DNA of 64,000 nt, from positions 5,849,149 through 5,913,148 of the forward strand of contig MU058213.1 in assembly GCA_013265495.1 (NCBI GenBank), written 5' to 3'. The position numbers were made by a program, and so were the translations under genes. The notes beneath the pieces were generated by a model. That model was not told the origin of the DNA, made no database searches, and saw nothing but the letters and a program-made list of their open reading frames with translations. The DNA comes from Vicugna vicugna (Eukaryota). Shown piece after piece: positions 1 through 12,038 of the stretch. Each line of letters begins with the position of its first letter. The stretch's first letter is position 1.

Positions 1-194
1 TTTTTATTAATTGTATGGATCTTAAGTTTTAAAGTCTTCTGAGCCTTAGAGTCAGCTTCAATTGTTCTTTCTCCATCATCCTTCACTTTTCATGGGTTAA
101 AAGTTCTGTCAGTTTTTCATTTAAAATATATTTCAGATTATGTTTTATGTAAGATTTCATTGAAAGAAAGTGTTGCTGTTTTTAAAAGTCTGTA

Positions 195-385
195 AATGGT
201 GGTATAATAGAAGGGGTAATTGGTTTTGGAGTCAGCCTCCAAGTCACATCATAGCTCTACTGCTTTGGACAAGTTAACATTTTAATGCCTTCATTCTTTG
301 AATGAAGATAACTACTTTGTACCATTGTTATGGATTAAGGTAATTTGCAAATTGAATGGCATTTAGCAGAAGTTCAATATATTTA
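195..385. mobile_element. MIR SINE, degraded
   Basis: tttggagtcag...tttggacaagttaac...ttatggattaaggtaat resembles the MIR core. Confidence 0.5.
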
Positions 386-436
386 ATTTTTGTTCTGACT
401 TTCTTAAGAGCACAGACTGGTAAATACTCACTTTTT

Positions 437-3400
437 TCTTCCAGCTTTATTGAGTTATAATTAACATATAACACTATATAAGGTTAAGTTGTACAGCATA
501 ATGATTTGACTTCAATATATCATGAAGTGATCACCACAGTAAGTTTAGTGAACATGTATTATCTCATATAGATACAAAATTAAAAAATAGAAAAAGTAAT
601 TTTTTCCTTGTGACAACTCTTAGTTACTCTCTTAATAACTTTCATGATATAATATAGAGCAGTGTCAATTATACTTATCATGTTGTACGTTACATCCTTA
701 GTACTTACAACTGGACATTTATACCTTTTGAATGCCTTCATCCAATTACCCCTCTTCCCACTCTCCACCTCTGGTAACTATAAATCTGATCTTTTTTCTA
801 TGAATTTGTTTTTGAAATATAATTGACCTACAACACTATGTGAGTTCCTGTTACACAACATAGTGATTCAATATTTCTGTATATTTCAAAATGATCACCA
901 AGATAAGTCTAGTTTCCATCTGTCACCATACAAAGATATTACCTAATTATTGAGTATATTCACCACACTGTACATTTCATACCCATGACGCATTTGTTTT
1001 GCAACTGCAAATTTGTACCTCTTCATCTCCCTCACTTTTATCTCTCCTATCTTTACCCCCCTCCCATTTGACAACCTCCTATTTGTTCTCTGTATCTATG
1101 ACTCTGTTACTATCTTGTTATGTTCATTCATTTGTTTTTTAGATTCCACATAAAAGTAAAATCATATAGTATTTGTCTTTTTCTCTCTGACTTGTTTCAT
1201 CTAACCTAATTAATACCTTTTAGGTCCATCCATGTTGTCTCAAATGGCAAGATTTCATTCTTTTTGTAGCTGAGTAATATTTCATTGCACATATGTGCCA
1301 CATCTTCTTTATCCATTCATCTGTTGATGGCCACTTAAGCTGCTCCCATATCTTGGCTATTATAAATAATGCTGCAATGAATGTAGGGGTGCATGTATCT
1401 TTTTTAATTAGTGTTTCTGATTTCTTCAGATAAATACCCAGGAATAGAATTACTGGATCCTATGATAGTTCTCTTTTAAAATTTTTGAGGAACCTCCATA
1501 ATGTTTTTCGTAGTAACTGCACCAGTGTACGTTCCCACTGTTACTCAGGAGTTCCCTTTTCTCCACATACTTGCCAACGCTTGTTATTTGTTGTCTGTTT
1601 AACAACAGCCATTCTGACAGGTATGAGATTATATCTAACTGTGGTTTTGATTTGCATTTCCCTGATTATTAGTGATATTGAACATCTTCTCATGTGATAT
1701 TGGCCATCTGTATGTCTTCTTGGGAAAAATATCTATTCATATCCTTTGCCCATTTTTTAATTGGGTTGTTTGTTTTTGTTTTGTTTTTATGCTAAATTGT
1801 GTGAGTTCTTCATTTGTTTTGGATATTAATCCTTTACTGGATATAGCATTTGCAGATATCTTCTCCCGTTTAGTAGGTGTCCTTTTTGTTTTGTTGATAG
1901 TTTTACTTTGCTGTGCAAAAAGCTTTTCAGTTTGATGCAGTCTCAATTGTTTATTTTTGCTTTTTTTTCCCTTGCCTGAGGAAACATAATTCAGAAAAAT
2001 ACTAATTAAACTAATGTCGAAGAGATACTGCCTATGTTTTCTTCTAGAAGTTTTATGGTTTCAGGTCTTACATTTAAGTCTTTAATTCATTTAAAATTTA
2101 TTTTTGTGCATGGCATGAGAAAATAGTTCAGTTTAATTTTTTTTGCATGTAGCTATCCTGTTTTCCCAGCACCATTTATTAAAGAGGCTTTCCTTTCCCC
2201 ATTGTATATTCTTGCCTCCTTTGTTGTAGATTAATTGCCCATGTAAATGTGGGTTCAATTCTGGGCTTTCTATTCTGTTCCTTTGATCTGTGTGTCTGTT
2301 TTGGGGCCAGTACCATACTGTAGCTTTGTAGTTTAATTTGGAATCAGGGAGTATGATACCTCCAGCTTTTTCTTCTTTCTCAAAATTGTTTTGGCTATAA
2401 AGATCTTTTCTGTTTCCATGCAAATTTTATAATTTTTTTTTCTACTTCTGTGAAAAATGCCATTGGTATTTTGATAGAGATTGCATTGAATCTATAGATT
2501 GCCTTGGTATGTGAACATAACAATACTAATTCTTCCAGTCCATGAGTGTGGTATATCTTTCCAACTGCTTATGTTATCTTCAGTTGCTTTTGTAAGTGTC
2601 TTACAGTTTTCTGTGTACAGGTCTTTTACCTCCTTAGTTAGATTTATTCCTAGGTATTCTTTTTTGATGTGAAATGCAACAGTTTTCTATATATTAATTT
2701 TGTATCCTGCAACTTTTCTGAATTCATTGATGAATTCTGGTAATTTTCTGATGGTATCTTTAGGATTTTCTATGTATAGTATGTCATCTGTGAATAGTGA
2801 CAGTTTTACTTCTTGCTTTCCAATTTGGATTCCTTTTATTCTTTTCCTAGCCTGGTTGCTGTGGCTAGGACTTAAAATACTATGTTAAATAAAATAAAAG
2901 TAGTGACTTTGGACATCCTTGTCTTGTTCCTGATCTGAGAGGAAATGCTTTTAGCTTTTCACCATTGAGTATGATGCTAGCTGTGGGCTTGTCATAAATG
3001 GTCTTTATTATGTTGAGGTATGTTCCCTCTGTACTCCCACTTTGTTGAGAGTTTTTAATCATAAAATGGATGTTGAATTTTGTGAAAAACTTCTTCTGCA
3101 TCTATTGAGATGATCATGTGGTTTTTATTCACCAGTTTGTTAATATGGTGTATCACATTGATTGATTTGCAGATATTCAACCATCCTTGCATCCCTGGAT
3201 AAATCCCACTTGATCATGGTATATGATCCTTTTAATGTATTGTTGAATTTGGCTTGCTAATATTTTTTGAGGATTTTTGCATCTGTTTTCATCAGTGATA
3301 CTGACCTGCTTCTTTTTTTCTGATATCTTCTTTGAGTTTTGTGTCAGGGTGATGCTGGCTTCTTAGAACGAGTTCAGAAGTGTTCCATCCTGTGCAGGTT

Positions 3401-3836
3401 TTAGAATGGTTTGAAAAGGGTAGGTGTTAACCTCTCCAAATGAATTCACTTGTGAAAGCTTTTGGTCCTGGACTTTTGTTTGTTGGGATTTTTTTCCCCC
3501 TGATTTAATTTCATTAGTGGTAATTGGTCTGTTCATATTTTTTTTCCCCTCCTGGTTCGTCTTGGGAGATTGCACATTTCTAGAAATTTTTTCATTTCTT
3601 CTAGGTTGTCCATTTTATTGGTATATAGTTGTTGGTAGTAGTCTCTTATGATCCTTTGTATTTCTGTGGTGTTGGTTGTAACTTCTTTTTCATTTCTGAT
3701 TTTATTGATTTGGACTCTTCTCTCTCTCTCTTTGATAAGTCTGGCTAGAGGTTAATCAGTTTTGTTTTTCTTCTCAAAGAACTAGCTCTTAGTTTCATTG
3801 ATTTTTTTTAGTCTCTATTTTATTTATTTCTGCTTT
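437..3836 (-). mobile_element. 5'-truncated LINE-1 (ORF2 RT/C-terminal region and 3' UTR), decayed
   Basis: Minus-strand ORF2 fragments (e.g. [18 protein letters not shown]...[13 protein letters not shown]). TSD gtaaatactca.ttttt at 420-436 and 3837-3853. Confidence 0.93.
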
Positions 3837-4839
3837 GTAAATACTCAATTTTTATCTCCTCAACTATATCTTCCCAGCTTTAAGGAGGTGTTAGAATTCA
3901 GACTTTGTATTTCTTGAGTACTTATTAATTGGCGTTCTGATTAAACATTAACAATGTTCTTTGGCTGGTCATTTTCATACTTACCATCAGTTATATAAAC
4001 TACTTTTTATTTCTTAGTACTACTGGGTCTTCTGCATTTCTTTCCCTGCTCAGAATATCAAAATCACAGGTATCAAAATCTTGGCATATCACTTTTGGAA
4101 TGTTTTACATTCCTGCTTAGGATATTATTAATACTTCAAACAGAAGGTTTTGTTGTTTTTATTTTTGGTCTAGGGCCATATGGTCTCTGTTGCAAAGATT
4201 CAGTGTTAGTGGGAAACAGGCATTTCTTCACTATTATAGTCTTTTGTCCCTAGTTTTAATGAACATCCAAAATATTTTATTGGCTTAGATTGAAGAAAAG
4301 AATATATCACCGAGTTTGCTTGTGAATAAGTCAGCTAAAATATTTGTGTATTTGTTGTTCCACTTTTGAAATCTGTATAAAGGTCATCATTTCCTATTTC
4401 AGATGTTTGAAGCAAGACATGGTAGGCAGTTGTTATTATTTGGAAATTTCAAGAGTAAGCCCTGAAATCATCTCTTTGTAGAAATCTAGGATTGAGAATT
4501 TCCCAAATACATATGCTTGCTAGTGCCTTGGTTTCTTATTTTGACAACTTTATAGTAGGACTATTGCATTGACCAGAAGAGAATAAGCTGTTTGTTTATG
4601 GAATTTTCTGGTGAACATATTTCTGTAGTGAATCTTCTTGGAGTAAAAGAATATACAGTTCTTATTTTATTTAAGAAACATTGTTATGTGTAAATGGGAC
4701 TTTCCAATTGGTCTGACAGTTGTTCAGAACGTAAATATTTACAGTGTATATAAGTTACTGGTTTAAATTTCTGACCTTCAAAGTGGTACTCAAACATTTT
4801 GATAAAATATTATAAAATAGCAGTTAAAATCACCTAAAG

Positions 4840-5025
4840 CAGGGATCAACAAATTTTTCCTGTAAAGAATCAGATAGTAAATATTTTAGGTTTTGTGGGC
4901 CATATGCTCTCTCTTGCAAAGATTCAGCTGTGCTATTGTAGTGCAAAAGCAGCCAAAGACAGTACATAAACAAATGAGAGTGACACTGAATAAAAGCTTA
5001 TTTAGAAAAATAAGCAGGAGCCTAT
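4840..5025 (-). mobile_element. MER58A-like hAT-Charlie DNA transposon
   Basis: cagggatcaacaaatttttcctgtaaag...cagatagtaaatattttagg...gggccata...gcagccaaagac matches the recalled MER58A reverse complement. Confidence 0.8.
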
Positions 5026-5060
5026 AATCTGCTAGTGAGTTTCAGTTTTAAAATATACTA

Positions 5061-5147
5061 TATATGGGAACTCTCTGTACTTTCTGCGCAATTTTTCTGT
5101 AAACCTAAAACTGCTCAAAAAAAAAGTATTACTATTTAAAAAAAAAA
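5061..5147 (+). mobile_element. L1MC-like 3' terminal fragment with A tail
   Basis: tatatgggaactctctgtactttctgcgcaatttttctgtaaacctaaaactgctc followed by A runs. Confidence 0.75.
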
Positions 5148-5739
5148 TTCCAGAAAATAAAAATAACCGAGAATCAAGATTAAAACCTCCATGGCATCTC
5201 TTGGTTTTCACTGAATGATAAATCTGCTAGATAACTAACTCATAAGCACTAACTGTCATGTATGCTCTCAGAGGGTCTCATACTGTTTTGTTTTACAGGG
5301 ATCTTTTTTTAGGACTTACTTTATTCATTGATTAAAACAAGAAATTGTGACATACTGTTACCATATGTAACCTAGCATAAATGCTCAGAGCACCTTCTTC
5401 AACACTTGGGGGACTTGCTGGAGAAATTGCTAATTTTAAAATGTCCTTGGTTAAACAAAATAATTCCTGAAGAATTTTTAATTATACTGCTATTCTCCTG
5501 TCATTGATATGTTAGTTACTCTGAGTTTCCATCCTACAGTATCTGTTTTTCTTCTATTCTATGACTATACCGAGGAGTATGTGTTTCAATGAGTCAAACT
5601 AAAATATTTACAGTTATTGGCTGTAATACTTATGTAACTCATCTGATAATTAATTTGAAAAATTAAATTTAAACTAATGTGTTGTAGCTGAATTAACTTT
5701 TGAAACTTAAATATGACTATAACGTATGTATTTACTTTT

Positions 5740-6060
5740 AACCTTTTTATTGTGACATACAGCACATACAGAAAAGTACATAAAACAGAGATGTCCAGTT
5801 TAACAAGTTATCATAAAGCAAACGGTGGAACTACCAGGCAAGTCAAGATACAGAGCATTGCCAACATTTCAGAGGCCTCTTGTATGCCCTATTCCAACTA
5901 TAACTCCTTCCCTTATTCCTAGGGCTAACGACAGTTGTGATTTTTATAGTAGCCCTTTCCTTTTCTTTATATGTGTACAGCTCTAAACAGTATAGTTTAA
6001 TTTTGCCTGTTTTTAAATTTTACAGATGGACTCATATAGTTTGAATCCTTCAGTTTATGA
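5740..6060 (-). mobile_element. Old L1 (L1ME-like) 3' UTR fragment
   Basis: catacagaaaagtacataaa...gtcaagatacagagcattgcc...tagtttaattttgcctgtttt pattern. Confidence 0.6.
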
Positions 6061-6531
6061 CTAATCCTTTATACTGTATTCATTTTAGCTATTCAACAAT
6101 AAAAATGGCCACTATAGACTGAAGTGATGAGATACTGAGCTATGTTCAAGGCTGTGTTCAGTAGAACTGCTCCCATGAGTGACCTGCCGAAACATGTTTG
6201 GTGTCTCTTCCTGCCTTTTAACTACATCTTCTATCATGCAGGACACTGGTGCAGGTGCCTAATGACAACCAGGATGAGTGATGAAAGGCATAGCACTTGG
6301 CTTTGGAACAGATTTCCCAACATCTCTGGGATCTTATATCACCCTCTAAGTTTTATGGCGATAGGATTGACTTTGTTGTATTAAAGATTGGTTATAAAGA
6401 TCTTAAAAATGTGAATGTTGTATACACATAGTAGATACACATAATACATATACAAACTTGTGTTTCTGACTAAAGAAACACTTTAATCACCAAAACATTT
6501 GATTTTATAGAAAAAATACTTTGTTTTTCAG

Positions 6532-6589
6532 GTGAAACTTCCACCGATGATGGAAATCATAACTGCTGAACAACTGATGGAATATTTAG
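6532..6589 (+). CDS. MINDY2: MINDY2 coding exon (exon 2 equivalent), VKLPPMMEIITAEQLMEYL-G
   Basis: Acceptor ttgtttttcag, donor G|gttagt, 58 nt, phase 0 to 1. Peptide matches recalled MINDY2/FAM63B catalytic domain just after the catalytic Cys helix. Confidence 0.96.
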
Positions 6590-7629
6590 GTTAGTGTTGA
6601 AAAGTGAATGATTTTTATATCTCTTTTAAAATAAAACAAAGTTTTCAAAACTTTCAAATATATTACCAAATTTCACCTTTTGAAGTGCTATTATATGAGC
6701 TATTTTTAATCTCTTAATTAAAAATTTTTATCACTATGTTACTGTTCTTGGATGTTAAAGCCTTCTTTCTGACCAGCATTAAAATTTTGTAATGTAAATA
6801 AGGAGACTGGTGACATCTGGAAAACAACAAGGTACATATTAATTCCAATAAATTGCAGAATGGGAAATGGCACAGAAACCCTAACACTTCATGCAGATAG
6901 GGTTTAAAAATACTCAGTAGACTTGAAATAAAACCCAGGAAGTGCTTTAGAACAGTGCTACCCCAAATATAATTACTTAATCTATGCCAGTCTGTAAAAT
7001 GTTAGTTACCAGTCTGCAGTGAGATAGAAGCTTGTATTAGAATGTAGAGTATTTAAATTAGTAAGCACACTAGTCCATCTGAAATTTTTTCAGAGTGAAA
7101 TTTTCTTAATGAAGGAAGCAATGTATTGAATTGCATTCTTACAAAAGCTTCTCATTTCAAAACAGACCAATAATGCACAGTTTGCAGACCAGCTGCATTG
7201 AGTAGAACTTGTTTACAGAGCAGGTAGTTATATATCACCCTGAAGTCTTTTACAATTTAGCAAATAAAAATTTTTATGTTTATACTGTTACCAAATACGA
7301 AATCTTAATCCATATTTACAGCTTTTTTAGTAATTGAATTTTTATTTTTAAAAATCTTGTTAGTTGTTTAGTTTGTCTATGCCATTCCAGACAACTAGCT
7401 AACTAATTTTTCGTGAGATGTAGGCTTAGTGAAGTAATCGAGATTGCATCTTTTGGAAGACCTTTTTCTTTATGTAACTAATGTCATTTAATCCCATTCA
7501 CAAGCCAGGGAACTTCATAGTTAATTGTTGATTACTTTGAATACCTAGCTATCTGGAAGTAGAATGTCTTTTTATACCTTTTTTAGCTTAGCTTAGAGAT
7601 TCTTAAACTTTGTGGTTTCTGAATTACAT

Positions 7630-8850
7630 TTCATGGAGAAGGCTGAAATATGCTTGGTACTTTTGAGGAACAGCCAGTATGACTGCCAAGGACTATGCAA
7701 AGGGAAGGGATTAGGATATGAGATTAGAGAGGTAATAGGGTAATGTCACATAGGGCCCTAGGCTACTATAGCAACTTTGGCTTTTGCTGTGAGTGATCTG
7801 GGAAGCCATTAAAGGATTTTGAACAGAGGATTGACATGATCTGACTTTGAGTTTAACTAGAATTCTCTGGCTGTTATGTTGAAAATAGAAGTTGGTTGGT
7901 GGTAAAGACAGAAGCAGGGAGATCAGTCAGGAAGCTGTTACACTGGCAAAAGATAGTGGTGTCTTCAAACAGGGTAGTAGAAGTGGAGATTATAAAATGT
8001 GGTCATATTCTGGATACAGGGCTGACAGAATTTGCTGATCAGTTGAATTGGAGTGTGAGTGAAGTCAAGGGTTAGTTACCCTGTAGTTTTTGTATTGAAC
8101 AACCAGAATGTTAGAGTTAACATCAATTGAAACAGGGAAAAAAAAAATGGAAGGAACATGTATAGGGAGGAACATCAGGAGTTTGGTTTTCAGATGTTTA
8201 TTGACATCCAAGTGAAGATATCAGGGAGGCAGTGGGATGTAGAGTTCAGGGAAGTGTAGATCAGTGCTGTGCAATAAAACTTTCTGTGTTGATGGGCATG
8301 TTCTTTATCTGTGCTGTCCAGTTTCATAGCCCCTAGCCACATGTGGCTCGTGAGCTCTTAAAGTGTAGCTAATATGACTAAGGAGCTAAATATTAAATTT
8401 AATTTTAATTAATCTTAATTTATATGGTAACATACTCCTACTGGCTACTGTATTGGAAGTGCACATCTAGCCTGTTAATACACATTTGGGAATAGACAAC
8501 ATATATAAATGGTAGTTAGACTGAGTGAGATCACGAATAGAATAAATGTAGATAGAGAAGGGAAGAGATGAGTGGACTGAATCTGGGACATGCTAGTGAT
8601 TAGAAGCTGAAGAAGAGGAAGAATAGGCATGCTCAGCTATGTCGAAGAAAAACAGGAGACTGATTGCCTAGAATCTAAATGAAGAGTTTCAAAGAAGAGT
8701 GAGAGATGAGCTGAATCAGATGCTGCTAATAGGTCTTGCAGGATGAAGACTAAAAAATGACCATTGGTTGAGCCATAAGGAGGTAATCGGTAACCCTGAC
8801 AGGTACACGGGATGAAAACCTGACTGGAATGGGCACAAGAGAAAATTAGA
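7630..8850 (-). mobile_element. L2 LINE, interrupted by MER3
   Basis: gggaagccattaaaggattttgaacagagg...gacatgatctgact...gacatccaagtgaagat, typical of the L2 antisense strand. Confidence 0.75.
8262..8465 (+). mobile_element. MER3 hAT DNA transposon nested in L2
   Basis: cagtgctgtgcaataaaactttctg...ctagccacatgtggct...ggctactgtattgga. Confidence 0.8.
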
Positions 8851-8852
8851 AG

Positions 8853-9410
8853 CTCTCATACGTAACCAGTACGAATGTGACATAATGCAGCCACTGTGGG
8901 AAATGGTTTGTCACTTCCTTAAAAAGGTAAATATAGAATTACCATATGAAGCTACAGTTCACTCAAGAGAAGTAAAAATACATGTCCATACAAAAACTTG
9001 TACTGAAATACTCATAGCAACATTATTCATAATAGCCAAAAAATGGAAACAGCCTAGATATCCATGACTTTATGAATGGATAAACAAATGTGGTATATCC
9101 ATACACTGAATCATTATTCTGCCTTAAAAAGGAGTGTGCTGATAAATGCTATAGTATGGATAAACTTTAAAGACATGCTAAGTCAAAGAAGCGAAGTCAC
9201 AGAAGACCACATATTCTATGATTCCGTTTATATGAAGTGTCCAGAATAGGCAAATTTATACAGACAGAAAGTAGATTAATGGTTGCTTAGAACTGGGGGA
9301 GGTAGGAGGGAAATAGAGATTGACTGCTAATAGGTATAGAATTTCTTTTAGTTGGAGGGACAAAAGTGTTTTAAAATTAGATCATGTTAATTTCACAATC
9401 CTGACAAGAG
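8853..9410 (+). mobile_element. L1MB-like ORF2 end and 3' UTR
   Basis: ORF 8885..9067 resembles the L1 ORF2 C-terminus (ATLFIIAKKWKQP). 3' UTR motif ccagaataggcaaat...acagaaagtagatt. Confidence 0.8.
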
Positions 9411-9419
9411 TACTTTAGA

Positions 9420-11200
9420 CAAATAGAAGAATTAGTCTTGGGTAGTACAGATAGTTCATCCTTAGCAATGGGAGGGAAGATAGAATGTATTAAAAATAGA
9501 TGCAGGTAAGTGGGTAGATATGGTTCTGATAGCTTGTGGAAGGTCTTTTGAGTGTTTTTCTTTTTTTTTCCTCAATGAAATGGGAAACCAGTTCATCAGC
9601 TAGGAGTGAGGTTGAAGGAGGAGTTGTTGAAGATGAGAAGGGAGATATAAAATAGTTGCCTAGACGAGTGGGAGAGTGAATAGGGAGATGCTGGGTAATT
9701 CCCTAGTGTTACCTATGAGGTTAGTGAGACCAGCCAGCATGGGTGGTATGATTTCTCCAGTTGTATTCAGCTGCATGAGTATAGGCCTGAATAGCAGGAT
9801 TGAACCAGAGTTGGGTTTTGCCAAGTGAGTATGTTGAAGAGTCTAGGAAATTGAAGATATGTGTAGAGAGTGATTATAATGCTGAGCCATTGAATTTCAG
9901 TTGCATTAAGAGACCATAAGGATATAAATATGTTGAAGGAAAATGTGATTGGATTAACGGATTTGTAGGCCCTGATAGACTTGAAGAATTTTTGGCACCT
10001 GGTAATAACAAACACATGTGACCATAAGATCTGAGATAAGCTAAAATGTAAGATTTTTGTTGGAGACGAGGCCAAGAAACAAAGGCCAGGGTATTAGATG
10101 GGTTATCTCTATGAGTATTGAGATTACTGAAATTTATGGCAGGGTTTGTGTCAGAAAGAGAGTGAGCTGGGAATGAGAGGATTCAATGAGAACTTCTCAG
10201 GACCAATGAGAAGTTGGTAGAGTACTATAGTCAGGTGGGTGGATAATGGGTAGTTTTATATGATGGCCCGGGTATTAAAACTAGGTATTTTAGGGAGGAT
10301 AGGGAAGAAGAGTGACAATAAGGAGCAATAGATACCTGATCTACCTCCAGGCTCACTGGTAAAGAAAAGAGCTTTCGCTAGAGAGGGCAGGAGTGTCATC
10401 AAAGGAGAACCAAATTTCATTTAGGCAAGAAGGTGAAGGATACATTAAGAAAAGAAAATACTTAGAAAATTTTGTTGTTGAGAGACCATGAGTTCCAGGG
10501 GCACTGAAATTCAAGATAAGAATTTAGGAGTCATTCATATAAAAATAGCATTTAAATCTGTGGAAATTGATGAGCTCATTAAGAGAGAAAGTATAAAGAG
10601 AGCAGAAGTGGGTCCAGGATTGTCCCCTGAAATTTCCCAGCATGCCAAGATTTGGGTAAAGCAGTGTTTCTCAACTATTTTTTTCATTATTGTCCCCCTA
10701 AAGAGCATTTGTAGACATTTTTGTCCTAATCACTCACTCCAGGAAATTTTAATACTGCAGATACATTGTTTGTCTCTTCATGTACTGTGACCCTTTGAAG
10801 ACCACAAACCATTATAATATCTAAGAAACTTTTCTCCCACATTCCAAGAAGCATTTTTTGCTCCACCCCCTGCTGAAATGCATGGGTCAGAGGATAGAGA
10901 AGTGAGGGAAGGAGTAACCATTAAGATAGGAGAAAAGCCAGAAGAGGGTGATATAGAGAAGCCAAGAGAAGGAGAGTATTAGAAGGGAAAAGAAGGGATA
11001 TTGAATACTGGAGAATACTTTCCACATGATTTGACATCATGGAGGTTATTGTGACCTTCACAGAAACAGTGTCAGTACACTGATGGGCTGGAAATGGAGT
11101 GGTGAGTTGAAGAGCATCTAAGAGGTGAGTAAATGAAGACTCAAGTGCAAATAGCTTTGAGAAGTTTGTCTGTAGATGGGTATGAGAAGTGGGTGAAGGC
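9420..11200 (-). mobile_element. L2 fragments with an embedded hAT-type MER at about 10662-10885
   Basis: Purine-rich L2-like motifs (tggaggttattgtgacctt, aatttaggagtcatt). The embedded element starts with cagtgtttctcaac. Confidence 0.5.
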
Positions 11201-11710
11201 TAAATGGGGAACATGAGACTTGTTCCTAGTTTTGTAATATGGTTAGAATCTAAACCCTTATAAAGAAGCAGGAAGAATGTTTTGGTAGGTGGAAACTATT
11301 TTAAGCTCAGGCTTGAGGTGAAAATAGGTAAGACGTATTTGGAAAAACGGTGAAGGAGTACAATTTGACTGTGGTTGGTAACTCTGTATGTTACACTGTT
11401 CTAGGAATGGAGATTAGATTAGCAGGTTCAGCTAAACTTGGGAACTAGGCAGGGGAGTTTGGCCACTTAATTTATCTTAGTTTCATAAGTAGAGTAAATA
11501 ACATGTTAAATACAGTTTTTAGGATGGTCTGATTGAGACCAAGTAGGAAATAGTAGTTCAGATGTAGTCAAATATTGACAGATTTTTGAATGCCTACTAT
11601 AAATAGAAAATGTATATTTTTGAGCCCAGTTTCCTATTCATCTCTTCCATATCCAACCACTGTCTGCCCTACTTTTTTTGTTCTCGTATCGTGACCATAA
11701 TAATCTAAAC

Positions 11711-12038
11711 CTGCACTGTCCAGTATAGTAGTCACTAGCCACATGTGGATATCGAGCACTTGAAATATTGCCAGAGTGAATTGAGATGTTCTTGAAGTGT
11801 AAAATATACACTGGACTTCAAAGATTTAGCGCACACAAAAAAGAATATAAAATATCAGTAATTGTTTATAATGATTCTGTTTTGAACTTACAGTGTTTAT
11901 AATATACTAGGCTAAATAAAATATGTTGTTAAAATTAATCTCACTTCTTTTTACTTTTTTTAATGTGGCTACTAAAAATTTAAATTTACATACGGACTTA
12001 CATTTGTGGTTTGCATTATATTTCTACTGGACAGTGCT
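11711..12038. mobile_element. MER33 hAT DNA transposon
   Basis: ctgcactgtccag...ctagccacatgtgg...gtgtaaaatatacactggacttc...cattatatttctactggacagtgc, with inverted termini. Confidence 0.8.
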
